From an uncultured delta proteobacterium (lineage in GTDB: Bacteria; Desulfobacterota; Binatia; UBA9968), in assembly GCA_963755715.1 (NCBI GenBank), contig CAVWLW010000041.1, forward strand, positions 1-64,000: 64,000 nt of DNA, in the 5' to 3' direction. The first letter of the stretch is position 1. Every line of letters starts with the position of its first letter. The notes under the pieces are model-generated. The model was not told the origin of the DNA. It saw only the letters and a list, made by a program, of their open reading frames with translations, and made no database searches. Below, one piece after another: positions 10,020-20,419 of the stretch. The position numbers were made by a program, and so were the translations under genes.

Positions 10020-10132
10020 TATTGTCCTGTTAAAACGCCCTCCAAGCTCTCCATACTTCTAAACCTTGGCCGTTGCATCATGCGCTCGCGAATCTCCACT
10101 TGTGGTTCTAAAGTTAATTAGCGCCTCAACTC

Positions 10133-10535
10133 TTAAGCCTCGCGCGAGGACGATCTGAATGTCGCCATCAGCGCCCCGACATCTGTCACCGTCTCTAGCG
10201 CGTGAACCAAACCTACACTGCGCTCAATGTCATCTGGCCGCAGCTGGGCGCGCGCACAATCACGGTATTTCTCCAGCAGCTCGTCGTCAGTCAGCGGCAG
10301 AGCGGGATCGCCGCGCGGGATGTCCACGCGCGCGTTGTAGCTTCGCCCATCGGTCGTCCGGATCGTCACCGGATTCCCTACGAACTCGGTATCCGGGCCG
10401 ACGCAAGGCCGGGCGAGATGGGCACGTCGGGGAAAGAAACGTGAACCTTCTTTCTCGCTTCGACGATATGGCGATCTTCGAACTCGCGATCTGTGAAAGT
10501 GGCGAGCGTCACCTGATGGTCCACCGCAGCGGCGC
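10133..10535 (-). pseudogene. duplicated 3' fragment of the MmgE/PrpD gene at 14966..16359
   Basis: Near-identical DNA to ~15107..15375 (AAAVDHQVTL...VGPDTEFVGNPVTIRTTDGRSYNARVDIPRGDPALPLTDDELL), with small deletions and a diverged last ~45 codons. Confidence 0.9.
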
Positions 10536-10622
10536 TTTGAAGTGGATTGGAAAAACAGTCGAGCACAGACCATCAAAAACAAATCACGAAACAAACCACA
10601 ATTCAGCTGCCGGAGCCGGGTC

Positions 10623-11725
10623 TTAACAGAATTTAAAAATACTGCAGTACAATTTGGTGTACTCCGCGAAATTCGGTCCGATCTTCAGAGGATCTACGGC
10701 CAAGTACTCTGGAATCTCGAGTTCCGGAGATTTGGTCTTGTAGCCGGAGCGGGCAGTTGGTATGCCGAATTCTCAGCGAGGATTTTCATTGCGCCGTCGC
10801 GGGAGAGCGCCCAGTCCAAGAACAACGCCGCGCTGTGCGGATGAGGAGCGTTTTTAGCCAGCATCACGTGAGTCGGCAGCGTCAAAACGGGTTTCAGTAG
10901 GACAAATCCCATTGGCGCCCCTTTCCGTATCAGCTCCAGGACGCGATAGCCAAACAACCAGGGAATCATATCGGTTTCTCCTATCGAAAGGAGTTGCGCC
11001 TCAAAAGTGTGACCGCGCCGCATCGAAGGTTCATGCTCGGCCAACTTTTTAAAATAGGCGATCCCTTTCTGTTTCCCCCAATACTCCACTATGGTTCCAA
11101 ACAGATCCATGTCCTCGTCATCCATGACGATTCTGCCCTTCCATCGGGGATCGAGTACGTCTTCGTAGCTTTTAGGGATCTCGTCTTTTTTCACTTTGTT
11201 GGTGTTATAGCCCAAGACGACGACTTGGTGGTGCAGCGTGGTCCAGTATCCATCCTTGTCAAGGAATTCTTTTTTGATTCCCTGTCGGCTCGGGCTAAGG
11301 TAGGGATCCAGCAAGCCATCCTTAAATATGGTGTAAGCCTGTCCGGGGTTGAGGCTGATGATGTCCGCATTGTAGGTCTTGGCGCGGGCCTCGTTGACGA
11401 TTTTATTATAAGTGTCGACGGCGCCGCCGCGTTGATAGTGGGTGGTGATGAACGGATATTTCTTGTTGAATTCTTCGAGGACGCGCTTGTAGTTGTCGGT
11501 AGCCGTGATCCCGTACTCGATCAGCGTTCCTTCGCGTTTGGCGCCTTCGATCAGCTTTTGTTCTCTTTGGCTGCCAGTCAGTCCTTTGTAGGCGCTGAGC
11601 ACTTCGGCGGCGCTTTTGCCGTGGGAGGAGCTGGAAACCAGAGAAAAACATACGACAACCGAAACAACAAAAAGGCCCGACCAACCTCTTTGATGAGTTG
11701 TTTCGCTTTTGCTTGTCACTTTCAT
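10623..11725 (-). CDS. extracellular solute-binding protein (Fe/thiamine-type ABC SBP); frameshift near 10770
   Basis: Signal peptide; EQKLIEGAKREG, GYNTNKV, LDPRWKG, APHPHSAALFLDW; the shifted frame gives FGIPTARSG...YCSIFKFC* ending at 10623. Confidence 0.85.
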
Positions 11726-12014
11726 ATCTTCCTCCTCCAGGATTGCGCTACTGAGAAGACCGTTTCATATGATCATATGAGATGACCCATCGGCCGTATT
11801 ATCAACCCGCGATCAACACATCCCTCTAGAGGCCTCAGATTTACTGTAGCTTGCGATACTCACTCTTCTTATCAGCGTAACCTTTCTCGTCAAGTTCCAT
11901 CCGTCGCAAATTGACCAATCAATAGTCCCGACTTCTCAAATAACCAGCGAAATTAAGAGCCCATTATCTCAACACAAAGGGAATGTCTAGATCTATCTGG
12001 GAAGCGAACTGAAG

Positions 12015-12042
12015 TTGACTTGAAGGATGACGATTTGATACT
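12015..12042 (+). promoter_or_regulatory. putative sigma70 promoter of the aminotransferase gene
   Basis: TTGACT-N16-GATACT about 50 nt upstream of AGGAGG and ATG 12091. Confidence 0.4.
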
Positions 12043-12090
12043 GCTAAAAATCGGGTAAAGAATCAATTGATACGGTTAGGAGGAAGTCCA

Positions 12091-13029
12091 ATGGCCGACA
12101 ACATCGTCTATCTGAACGGCTCGTACGTCAAAGATACCGACGCCAAGATATCTATATTTGACCGTGGCTTCACGAATTGTGACTGGACTTACGACGTGAC
12201 CCGAACATTCAATCACAAGCCGTTCCAGTTGCGCGATCATATCGCCAGGCTCTATCGGTCACTTGATTTTATTCAACTTGATCCTGGCTTAACCCAGGAC
12301 GAGATGCATGACATTACTCTGGAAGTCTTCAAGAGAAACGAGAAGAGCTTGGGGCCGGGAGACGATTTTTCCATTACTCATAGGGTGTCCCGTGGCATTG
12401 GGGAACTAGCTCCGGGGACTTATCGTCCAACAGTGGCAGTGTATTGTAACCGCATAAAGTTCGAAAGTTTTGCTCAACGTTTGATCGATGGAGCTCCCTT
12501 GGTCGTGGCCTCCACAAGGAGGGTTCCACCGGTGTGTATGGATCCCAAAGCCAAACATGTTTCGCTGAACTTTCTCCTCGCTAACCTGGAGGGTCAAAGC
12601 GTTGATCCCTCGGCGTGGGTCTTGATGCTCGATGTCTACGGCTTTCTGAGTGAGTGCACTTCCAAAAATATATTTCTGGTGAGAAGCGGAGGTTTGTTGA
12701 CTCCGAAGCGAGACAACGTGCTTGAGGGCGTCACCAGGGCGACAATCTTGGAATTGGCATCCAAACTCGACATACCGTGTTCCGAGACTGACTTGAGCGT
12801 TTACGATCTCATGACCGCGGACGAAGTGTTTGTGACCTCCGTCACACCGGTCATGATTCCTATCTCTAAAATCAACAATAAGCCGCTCAAAAATCCCGGC
12901 CCCGGGCCTGTAATCAGGAAATTGCAGCGGGCATGGAGCGAGTTGGTAGGGGTCGACATCGTTGCGCAGGCGCTCAGCCACCTCGACAGCGCGACGCCCG
13001 CAGGCCGTGGGACTAAACCGCTGCCATGA
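12091..13029 (+). CDS. PLP-dependent aminotransferase class IV (BCAT/DAAT-like)
   Basis: AKISIFDRGF, HIARLYRS, DPKAKH (PLP Lys), NIFLVR, LEGVTRATILELA, ADEVFVT. Confidence 0.92.
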   Translation: MADNIVYLNGSYVKDTDAKISIFDRGFTNCDWTYDVTRTFNHKPFQLRDHIARLYRSLDFIQLDPGLTQDEMHDITLEVFKRNEKSLGPGDDFSITHRVSRGIGELAPGTYRPTVAVYCNRIKFESFAQRLIDGAPLVVASTRRVPPVCMDPKAKHVSLNFLLANLEGQSVDPSAWVLMLDVYGFLSECTSKNIFLVRSGGLLTPKRDNVLEGVTRATILELASKLDIPCSETDLSVYDLMTADEVFVTSVTPVMIPISKINNKPLKNPGPGPVIRKLQRAWSELVGVDIVAQALSHLDSATPAGRGTKPLP

Positions 13030-13266
13030 CGAGAATAATCGCCGCTGGCTCAACACTGATTGGTTATTAGTGTTAGAAATTTAGTTACTACTTCTTTGCT
13101 CACTCTTCGATTTCGTCTTATCGGCGCGATTTAGATTTCTGAATTCTAAAGAATCATCCTCTCCGTTGTAACCAAGCAAATGATATTGCCTTCTCATCGA
13201 CAGTTAAATATAGAATGTTCACAGTGAGCAGAGCAGTGAATCCCATGAAATCAAGGAGGCAAGCCC

Positions 13267-13446
13267 ATGGCAAAGATGCTGGAATGCGCGAAGGTAGACC
13301 CTTCGAGTGGATGCAAGCACGTCATACGAGGTGAGACAACAGAGGAAGTACTTCAGAAAGCCGGCGAGCACGCCAAGGAACACGGCATTCGCCAAGTGAC
13401 GCCGGAACTGATCGAAAAAGTCAAAGCAAACATCCGTGACGCCTAG
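13267..13446 (+). CDS. DUF1059 family small metal-binding protein (59 aa)
   Basis: AAGGAGG RBS; MAKMLECAKVDPSSGCKHVIRGETTEEVLQKAGEHAKEHGIRQVTPELIEKVKANIRDA*; below the ORF-track cutoff. Confidence 0.85.
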   Translation: MAKMLECAKVDPSSGCKHVIRGETTEEVLQKAGEHAKEHGIRQVTPELIEKVKANIRDA

Positions 13447-13686
13447 CTGGCAGTCCTACCTGATTTATTGACGCACGGACCGTCTCGAAGGCCCGGAGTG
13501 GATGCAAGCACGTCATACGAGGTGAGACAACAGAGGAAGTACTTCAGAAAGCCGGCGAGCACGCCAAGGAACACGGCATTCGTCAAGTGACGCCGGAACT
13601 GATCGAAAAAGTCAAAGCAAACATCCGTGACGCCTAGCTAGCGGTCCTACCTGATTTATTGACGCGCGGAGCCGTCTCAAAGGCCC
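13305..13686 (+). repeat. ~190-bp tandem duplication (13305..13494 and 13496..13686); second copy is a 5'-truncated DUF1059 gene
   Basis: Both copies start GAGTGGATGCAAGCACGTC and end AAGGCCC; a handful of substitutions and one indel. Confidence 0.95.
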
Positions 13687-13945
13687 ATGCGTCCCCGTTG
13701 TGTTTTGAGCGGCCTCTGGGGCGAGGTCGCGCACAAATCCAGGTGGCCCGAATTGCTGCTCCAACTACGCGCCTCATTCGATGCTCAACAATCTACCCCA
13801 GCCGTTTTAAGTGTTCCATCGCTTCGCTTCTTTCAAATCGTTCGAGCCGTTCGCGGCGTGATAGGAATTGGGGACGGGAAAAGTGAAATGTTGTTGACTA
13901 ACAGGAACGGATATCTAAACAAAACTCGAATGCTCCAACGCTGCG

Positions 13946-14962
13946 TTATTTGCGACCGTAGAGTTTCTCGATGAAACCGCTGCTTTTCAGCTGATCGACG
14001 AAGCGCAGGTCGACAAAATCTTCCGCCTTGGCTTTGGTCACTTTGGCGTCCCACGAGGCTTGTACTTCCAAAGTATTTCGCAGTCCTTCCAGCGTCGGAT
14101 AGGTGTCGGCGACCAGTAGTTGGGAGTACGCCGCATAGGCTCCCTCCAGCAGCGCCCGGTTCTGGCCTCGGGTGTATTTGCTCATGATCCTGAGAGTGTC
14201 TTCTTTGTTGGTCTTGAAGAAGTGAACGCCCGCCGCCAGCGCCTCGACCATGCGCCGCACGTTGTCCGGTTGCTCGCGGATCATTTTGTCAGTGGTGACC
14301 GTGCAGGTGAATTGAAAAGGAACTTTGAACTCCGCCATGTCGATGATGGTTTTTTGCCCCTGTCTCTCGCCCTGAAACTTTTCCGCGTCGCTGGCCACGG
14401 TGAATTCCACTTGACCGTTGATCAGCGCCATGATGCGCGCCGGTCCGCCGCCTACCGTAATCGCTTTGATTTGGTTGTAAGGAATGCCCACTCGCTTCAA
14501 CGCCAGACGCAAAGCGAAGTCCGCCGCGGTTCCCGGAATATGCACTGCAGCGGTTCGACCCTTCAAGTCTTCCGGCGATTTGATCGCCGGGCTGCCGACG
14601 ATGTAATAAGGTAATGTGTTTACGAGGCCGTTGACGATGGCGAGATTTCCACCTGCCATCTTGCCATTGATCGCCGAGGTTCCCACCGCTTCGGTAAAGC
14701 TCAAATCCCCCGCCATCAAGGCCTGAATACCGCGCGTGCTCCCGTCGATGAAGACTAGGTCGAGATCGAGGCCGTATTTTTTGAACAGACCGGTTTCCTT
14801 AGCGATCCACTCCGGCACCGAGGAGCTGGGCGAGTCGGAAATGTAGGCCGCCAGCAGCTTTGCCTGCGCCTGGTAAGGCGTGAGCGCAAGAAATAAACAA
14901 ACGAGCGCCAAGAATCGACTCAAATATTTATCTGTGATTCTCGCGTTAATGAACATCGCCAA
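13946..14962 (-). CDS. ABC transporter substrate-binding protein (NitT/TauT, NMT1-like)
   Basis: Signal peptide; WIAKETGLFKKYGLD, EDLKGR, YPTLEG, AKAEDFVDLRFVDQLKSSGFIEKLY. Confidence 0.9.
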   Translation of the reverse strand: MAMFINARITDKYLSRFLALVCLFLALTPYQAQAKLLAAYISDSPSSSVPEWIAKETGLFKKYGLDLDLVFIDGSTRGIQALMAGDLSFTEAVGTSAINGKMAGGNLAIVNGLVNTLPYYIVGSPAIKSPEDLKGRTAAVHIPGTAADFALRLALKRVGIPYNQIKAITVGGGPARIMALINGQVEFTVASDAEKFQGERQGQKTIIDMAEFKVPFQFTCTVTTDKMIREQPDNVRRMVEALAAGVHFFKTNKEDTLRIMSKYTRGQNRALLEGAYAAYSQLLVADTYPTLEGLRNTLEVQASWDAKVTKAKAEDFVDLRFVDQLKSSGFIEKLYGRK

Positions 14963-14965
14963 ACC

Positions 14966-16359
14966 TTAAGCCTGCTGCACAGGCGATCTGATAATAGTCA
15001 TCAGCGTGCCGATATTTGCCACTCTCTCTAGTCCCAGAACCATGTCGACGCTGCGCTCTATGTCGTCCTTGCTTAGCTGGCTGCGTCCGCAGTCTTGGTA
15101 TTTGGTCAGCAGCTCGTCGTCAGTCAGCGGCAGAGCGGGATCGCCGCGCGGGATGTCCACGCGCGCGTTGTAGCTTCGCCCATCGGTCGTGCGGATCGTC
15201 ACCGGATTTCCGACGAACTCGGTATCCGGGCCGACGTCCGCGAGGCCAGGCCAGATGGGCACATCGGGGAAAGAAAGGTGAACTTTCTTTCTCGCTTCGA
15301 CGATGTTGCGATCTTCGAACTTGTGATCTGTGAAAGTGTCGAGCGTCACCTGGTGGTCCACCACCGCAGCGGCGATGCAGTAAGGCATGCTGAACTTGGC
15401 CTGATAAGGCGTTGCCGGCTCGGTGAAAGCGAGCACGCGCATGGCGCGCTCCGAGGTGCCCACGTCGACTTCGGCGATGTCTTTGTCGTTGAGGCGGTGC
15501 TCCCCTAACAACTGAAAGACTCCGTCGAGCGCTCGATGGGTGTGATAGCAGCTTGGATATTTCTTTAGCCCGATGCCCGGCGACTCGATGTAGAAGGGCT
15601 TGCCCAGACTCTCCGCCATGCGCTCGGCGTCGTAGTGGCCTGCGCCGACAAGCGTGTCGTAGAAGCCGTTCTTCGCCTCGATGATATTCGGGTTGGCCGT
15701 GATTCCCTCCTGCGCCATGAGCGCGGCAGTCACGCCGTTGCGGCAGGCGTTGCCCGCCGCCATCGCGCCGGCCATGCTACCGTGATTGGCCGACAGGCCG
15801 CAGGCAAAGTTGGCGGCGATGCCCAATGCCATTCTGGTCTTCGCTACATCCAACTTGAGGAGCTTGGCGCAGGCCGCAGCCGCGCCGATAGAACCGTACC
15901 AGGTTTGGTGATTCAGGCGGGCTTGCATCAGCTTGAAGTCGGCGTGGAGCGCGAGCTTGCCCTCGACTTCCAGTCCCAGGATGTAGGCAGTGAGTATATC
16001 CTGGCCCGAGGCGCCCAGATGCTCGCCAAGGCTCAGCACGGCGGGCAGAACCAAGACGCTGGGGTGGCCGATCTTCACACCGCAGTCGTCGTAGTCCAGA
16101 GCGTGGGCAATGCAGCCATTGGCCAGAGCAGCGTCTGCAACCGAAACTTTGAGACCAGCGCCAAACACGGATGCCTGGGGCGGCCCGCCGAGCTTCGTTA
16201 CGTAACCTGTGATGGTTTGGCTGACCGGCTCGCCGACGCCGGCAAGGCGGCTCCGAGACAGTCGAGCGCCGTGCGCTTGGCCTTCTCCACGGCGTCGCGC
16301 GGTATGTCCTCGTAGCCGGTGTCTACTATGAATCGGGCAATTTTCTCAGTGGCGCCCAT
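14966..16359 (-). CDS. MmgE/PrpD family protein; frameshift near 16245
   Basis: ATG 16359 MGATEKIARFIVDTGYEDIPRDAVEKAKRTALDCLG joins ORF 14966..16168 (NGCIAHALDYDD, GHPS, KKYPSCYHTH, AKFSMPY). Confidence 0.9.
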
Positions 16360-16452
16360 TGTTCACCTCGTCGAGGGATGGCGTTAAAACCCAAAATTGG
16401 CAGACCTACCTTTGAGAATCCTCGCGGGTAGTATTCGATAACTTACTAAACG

Positions 16453-18126
16453 CTATTGCAGCGGCTCGATCTTAATGATCGTTGCGCCGAGATTGTTGCC
16501 GATCCAAAGCACCGGCCGGCCCGTTGAGTTGTCAATGTTGACGCGGCGAATGTTGGTGGTGCGCGGCAGCAGATACTCGGTGAACTCGTCGGTCTTGGTA
16601 TTCAGGCGCACGACGTGATCGTTGCTCATGCCGCCCGTCCAGGCGTAACCGTCTTTGTCCAGAATCGCGTCGTAAGGGTTCGTCCACTGGGTGAGCATGG
16701 CCCATTCTCGCGTGCGCTCGGTTTTGGTATCGAACATGCCCAGCATATTGCCGCGATACTCCGCGAACCACAGCCGGTCTTGCGGGTCCATGTGGCCGCG
16801 GCGCGGCGCCGAGTTGGGTGTCGGTGTCGGAAATGGCGTGACGTTCAACGTCTTGGCGTCGATCCTGATGATGTATTGGCCGCCGAAGTTCGTGCCGTAA
16901 AAATTATTCTTCGAGTCTGAGATCACGCCGTAGGAGCCGAGCCGGTCCGCCGGCGGGCCGTCCTTGGGCAGACCGCGCGAATAGTCGATCGTGTGCCATT
17001 CGCCGGTTTTCACATCGAGGCGAAATTCATCGTCGCCGCCGATCCACACTTTGCCGTCAAGATTGATATGCGCCGGATCGACCATGGCCAGCCGCGCTTC
17101 GTCGTTTTCCATGAACTTCGGCGCGTTCCAGGTTTGAAATTTTTCCGTCGTGCGGTCGAACTTCGCGATGCTTCCCTGATACATCATACCGAGCCAAACG
17201 TTGCCGTCCGGGTCGAATCTCAGGTCGAGAGCGCCGGCCGGAGCGCCCGGCTTGGTGACCGGAACCGGGTATTCGACAACTTTGGCGCTCTTGGGGTCGA
17301 GCTTGCCCAAGTACTGCGAGCCGAAATCCGAATACCAAATCATGCCCCCGGCATCGATGGCGGCGTCATGCGGCATCGCCTCGGGACGCGGCAAGTCGTA
17401 TTCGGTGATGATCACCTGAGTGCCTTTGCCCTTGGGCCGTGGCAGAGTCTTGAGCGGATACTCCCATTTCGAAACCTTGCTCAAATTGATGGTGCTGAGA
17501 TACTGGGCGAACCGGGTCATCTGCTGGAGTTGGTTAGCCGAGGGCTCGCGCACCCCGGGGCGCACTTGCGGGCGCAAAGGTGAGCTGCCCTGCGCGTAGT
17601 TGCGCATGCGTTTCAAGAGCGGCACAAACTCTTCCGCGCTGTAGCGCGACCGTGCGATGCGTTCCACAGTGTGGCAACCGACACAGCTCAGTAAACCCTG
17701 CTTCTGCTCGTTGGTGCCCGGAAAACTGAGCAGCCATTCGCCGTTGGAGAGCTGGGCCGCCAAATCTTTCGCCTTACGGAGCTTGAGATCGAGCTGCGTC
17801 GTATTCTGCGCTTTCACTTCCGCCTGCGCGCCGTCCAGCTCATAGCCCACCGCGCGAATGTGCAAGGCATAACGCCCGGGATCCAGCTTCGCAGTCGGGA
17901 AGCTGTACTTTCCCTGAGCGTCGCTCACTACGGTGGTCGTGACCGTAGAGCCCTCCCGCTTGGCGCTCACCAGGACGCCTCCCATGCGACCTTCTTCCTG
18001 CGAACTCACCTGTCCGGTCAACGCTACGCTCGGTGAACTCGCCCCTTCCGCAACATTGGCCGCCATCAGAAACACCGTGATCGCCAAAGTCGCGAACTCG
18101 ATTGCCGGAAAAGTTTTTTTCAGCAT
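16453..18126 (-). CDS. secreted carboxypeptidase-regulatory-like + cytochrome c (CxxCH) + Vgb-like beta-propeller protein
   Basis: AAGGAGG then ATG 18126; signal peptide; LTGQVSS...GVLVSA...SDAQGKYSF; CVGCH; repeated blades (PHDAAIDAGGMIWY, PRRGHMDPQDRLWF, PYDAILDKDGYAW). Confidence 0.82.
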   Translation of the reverse strand: MLKKTFPAIEFATLAITVFLMAANVAEGASSPSVALTGQVSSQEEGRMGGVLVSAKREGSTVTTTVVSDAQGKYSFPTAKLDPGRYALHIRAVGYELDGAQAEVKAQNTTQLDLKLRKAKDLAAQLSNGEWLLSFPGTNEQKQGLLSCVGCHTVERIARSRYSAEEFVPLLKRMRNYAQGSSPLRPQVRPGVREPSANQLQQMTRFAQYLSTINLSKVSKWEYPLKTLPRPKGKGTQVIITEYDLPRPEAMPHDAAIDAGGMIWYSDFGSQYLGKLDPKSAKVVEYPVPVTKPGAPAGALDLRFDPDGNVWLGMMYQGSIAKFDRTTEKFQTWNAPKFMENDEARLAMVDPAHINLDGKVWIGGDDEFRLDVKTGEWHTIDYSRGLPKDGPPADRLGSYGVISDSKNNFYGTNFGGQYIIRIDAKTLNVTPFPTPTPNSAPRRGHMDPQDRLWFAEYRGNMLGMFDTKTERTREWAMLTQWTNPYDAILDKDGYAWTGGMSNDHVVRLNTKTDEFTEYLLPRTTNIRRVNIDNSTGRPVLWIGNNLGATIIKIEPLQ

Positions 18127-18515
18127 GGCGGCCTCCTTCGACGATTCGAAATTATCCTGAAAGATGTGGCGCAAACTGGCCTCTCTTAACACTCCCTTCT
18201 CGCTGGGGTCAAGGATGTTCCGTCGCGGTGGCGGCTCTGGATGGCGCGGCGCAGTGAATGCTCGATGAGAATAAATGATAGAAAAGCTATCGAACGGCTC
18301 GCCCTTCGAAATGCCTTACAGCGATTCGGATAGACAAGCTGCCATTTCTTGCCGCCATCGCCTACAACGCCCACAGCCGCAAAGCCGGCCGAACATGTGA
18401 AACCGCTCCGGATCCTAGTGTGAACGAGACTAAATTGATCGACTTGGCTCAAACGTTCAAGCGAGCCGAAACCGTTTTTTGGCTATACGGAGTATAGGGT
18501 GCTTGCTGATTTGAT

Positions 18516-18544
18516 CTCGGGGCGACTTTCTAGTCGCCCCCGAG
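18516..18544. terminator. GC-rich hairpin (terminator or REP-like) just 3' of the aminoacylase gene
   Basis: CTCGGGGCGACT-TTCT-AGTCGCCCCCGAG. Confidence 0.55.
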
Positions 18545-18562
18545 AACCTTGCAGAAATTATT

Positions 18563-20279
18563 CTACGCCGCCGCTTGTAGCGAGTGGCCGTTGCCGCCCC
18601 CGAGCACGGCGCCCGGTAGCGCGCCGGTGTGATTGTCCTTTTCCACCAGCACCTGACCGTTGACGATGGTCATCTCGATGCCCACTGCTTTTTGGACGAA
18701 GCGTTTTTCGTTGCCCGGCAGGTCTTGAACCATCTGCGGATCGCATTCGCGGATCGTCGCCGGATCGAAAACGCACAAATCCGCCGCCATGCCGCGGCGC
18801 AACAAACCACGATCCGGCAGGCCAAAGATCGACGCAACCATGAAGGTCAACTTGCGCACGGCTTCTTCCAAAGTCATGATCTGCTTCTCGCGCACCCAGT
18901 AGCCAAGCAAACGCGTCGCGTAACCGAAACCGGCGTCGTAAATCAGATGCGCGCCGGCGTCGGATTGACCGACGAGCACGAACGGGCTGCGGATGATTTC
19001 CGCCACCGCCACCTCGTCGCCGTTGGTGCTGGAGGTTTGGAACTCGGTGTCCAATCCTTCTTCGAGCGACAGATCGAGAAAAGCGTCGATCACGTCCTGG
19101 CCGCGGATCTTGGCGATCTCCGCCACGCTCTTTTTTTCCAGGTACTTGTTTTCCGGCTTGACGGCGTTGATTAGATAAACCAGATCCCAGCGGCGCGAGA
19201 AGCGCGACGATTTTTTCTCTTCGACGGCTTCATAGCGCATCTTCTTGCGCGTCTCGGGGTCTTTGATCGCCGCGATGCGCGCTTCGAGGGGCAAAAAGAG
19301 AATCGTCTTCCAGGTCGGCAGATCGTCGAACACCTGGGCGTTTTTCATGGTCAAGCGGTTGTTGAACAGGCGCGCGTTGCACAGCGGATAAGATTGCACG
19401 CCGCGGTCGATCGATTCTTTGGCGAGATCCAAAAGCTGGCGCCATTCATTGGGCTTGTCCCAGCGGTGCGTCACGCTCTGCCAAATCACCGGCCGGCCGG
19501 AACGGCTGGAAATTTCGTCGAACAACTGCACGCTCTCGCGCATCGGCACCGATACGCCCAGCGAGCCGCGCGAGATCTGTATCGCGCCCTGATTGATTTC
19601 GCCCAACGCGCAGGCAAGCTCGATAATCTCTTCATCGGTGGCAAAGCGGCTCTGAATCGGCGTGCCGTCGGCATACATATGCACGGGATTTTGATTGGTC
19701 GAGAAACCCAGCGGCACCGGCGCGCACGCTGGCTTTGAGCACTTCTTTCATCTGATGGATTTCCGCCGGCGTCGCGGCCCGTTCGATGGAAGCCTCGCCC
19801 ATGACGAATTGGCGCAGCGCGCAGTGGCCCACTAGCGACGCGACATTGACGCCGAGTTTGCCGCGCAGCGCGTCCAGATATTGCCCGAACGTAGTGAAGC
19901 CCCACTTCACCCCGGCCCTTAAAGCCGGCAGCGTGATCGCTTCGACGCGCTCGAAACTTTTCAAGATCGTGTCGCGATCCGGTTCTTTACACGGCGCCAA
20001 CGACAATCCGCAGTTGCCGGGGATGACCGTAGTCACACCGTGGTAGCAGGAAGACGTCGCCAACGGGTCCCACAATAGCTGGGCATCGAGGTGGGTGTGG
20101 AAGTCGATGAAGCCCGGCGATACCGCCAAGCCGTCGGCGTTGACGACCCGCTTCGCGCTGCCGTTGATTCTGCCCGTGTCGACGATCCGGCCGTCTTGCA
20201 CCGCGACGTCGCCGAGATAAGACGGCAACCCGCTGCCATCGTAAATCCGTCCACCTTTGATCAATACGTCATAGGCCAT
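18563..20279 (-). CDS. N-acyl-D-amino-acid deacylase family amidohydrolase; frameshift near 19715
   Basis: MAYDVLIKGGRIYDGSG, PGFIDFHTHLD, GVTTVIPGNCG; C-terminal half SDAGAH, DRGLLRRGMAADLCVFD, TGALPG. Confidence 0.9.
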
Positions 20280-20419
20280 CAGGGATCCTCCTTGGCGTTT
20301 CGAACATTTGGTTGAGCTTACAGAGTCGCATACTCGCATGTCAACCAAAGCCCGATTGGTAAAAGCACCTGATTGCGCTAAGGATAGAAACCGGTCCATT
20401 TCAATCGAGGTGCAAGTCT

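Noticed and set aside
13305-13686. Tandem repeat as a CRISPR array
   Set aside because: Only two ~190-bp units of coding sequence; no repeat-spacer structure and no cas genes.
10133-15375. Duplicated prpD end as a DGR template/variable repeat pair
   Set aside because: Differences are not adenine-specific, include indels, and no reverse transcriptase is present.
16453-18126. Streptogramin resistance gene vgb
   Set aside because: Signal peptide, extra N-terminal domains and a heme motif are not features of Vgb.
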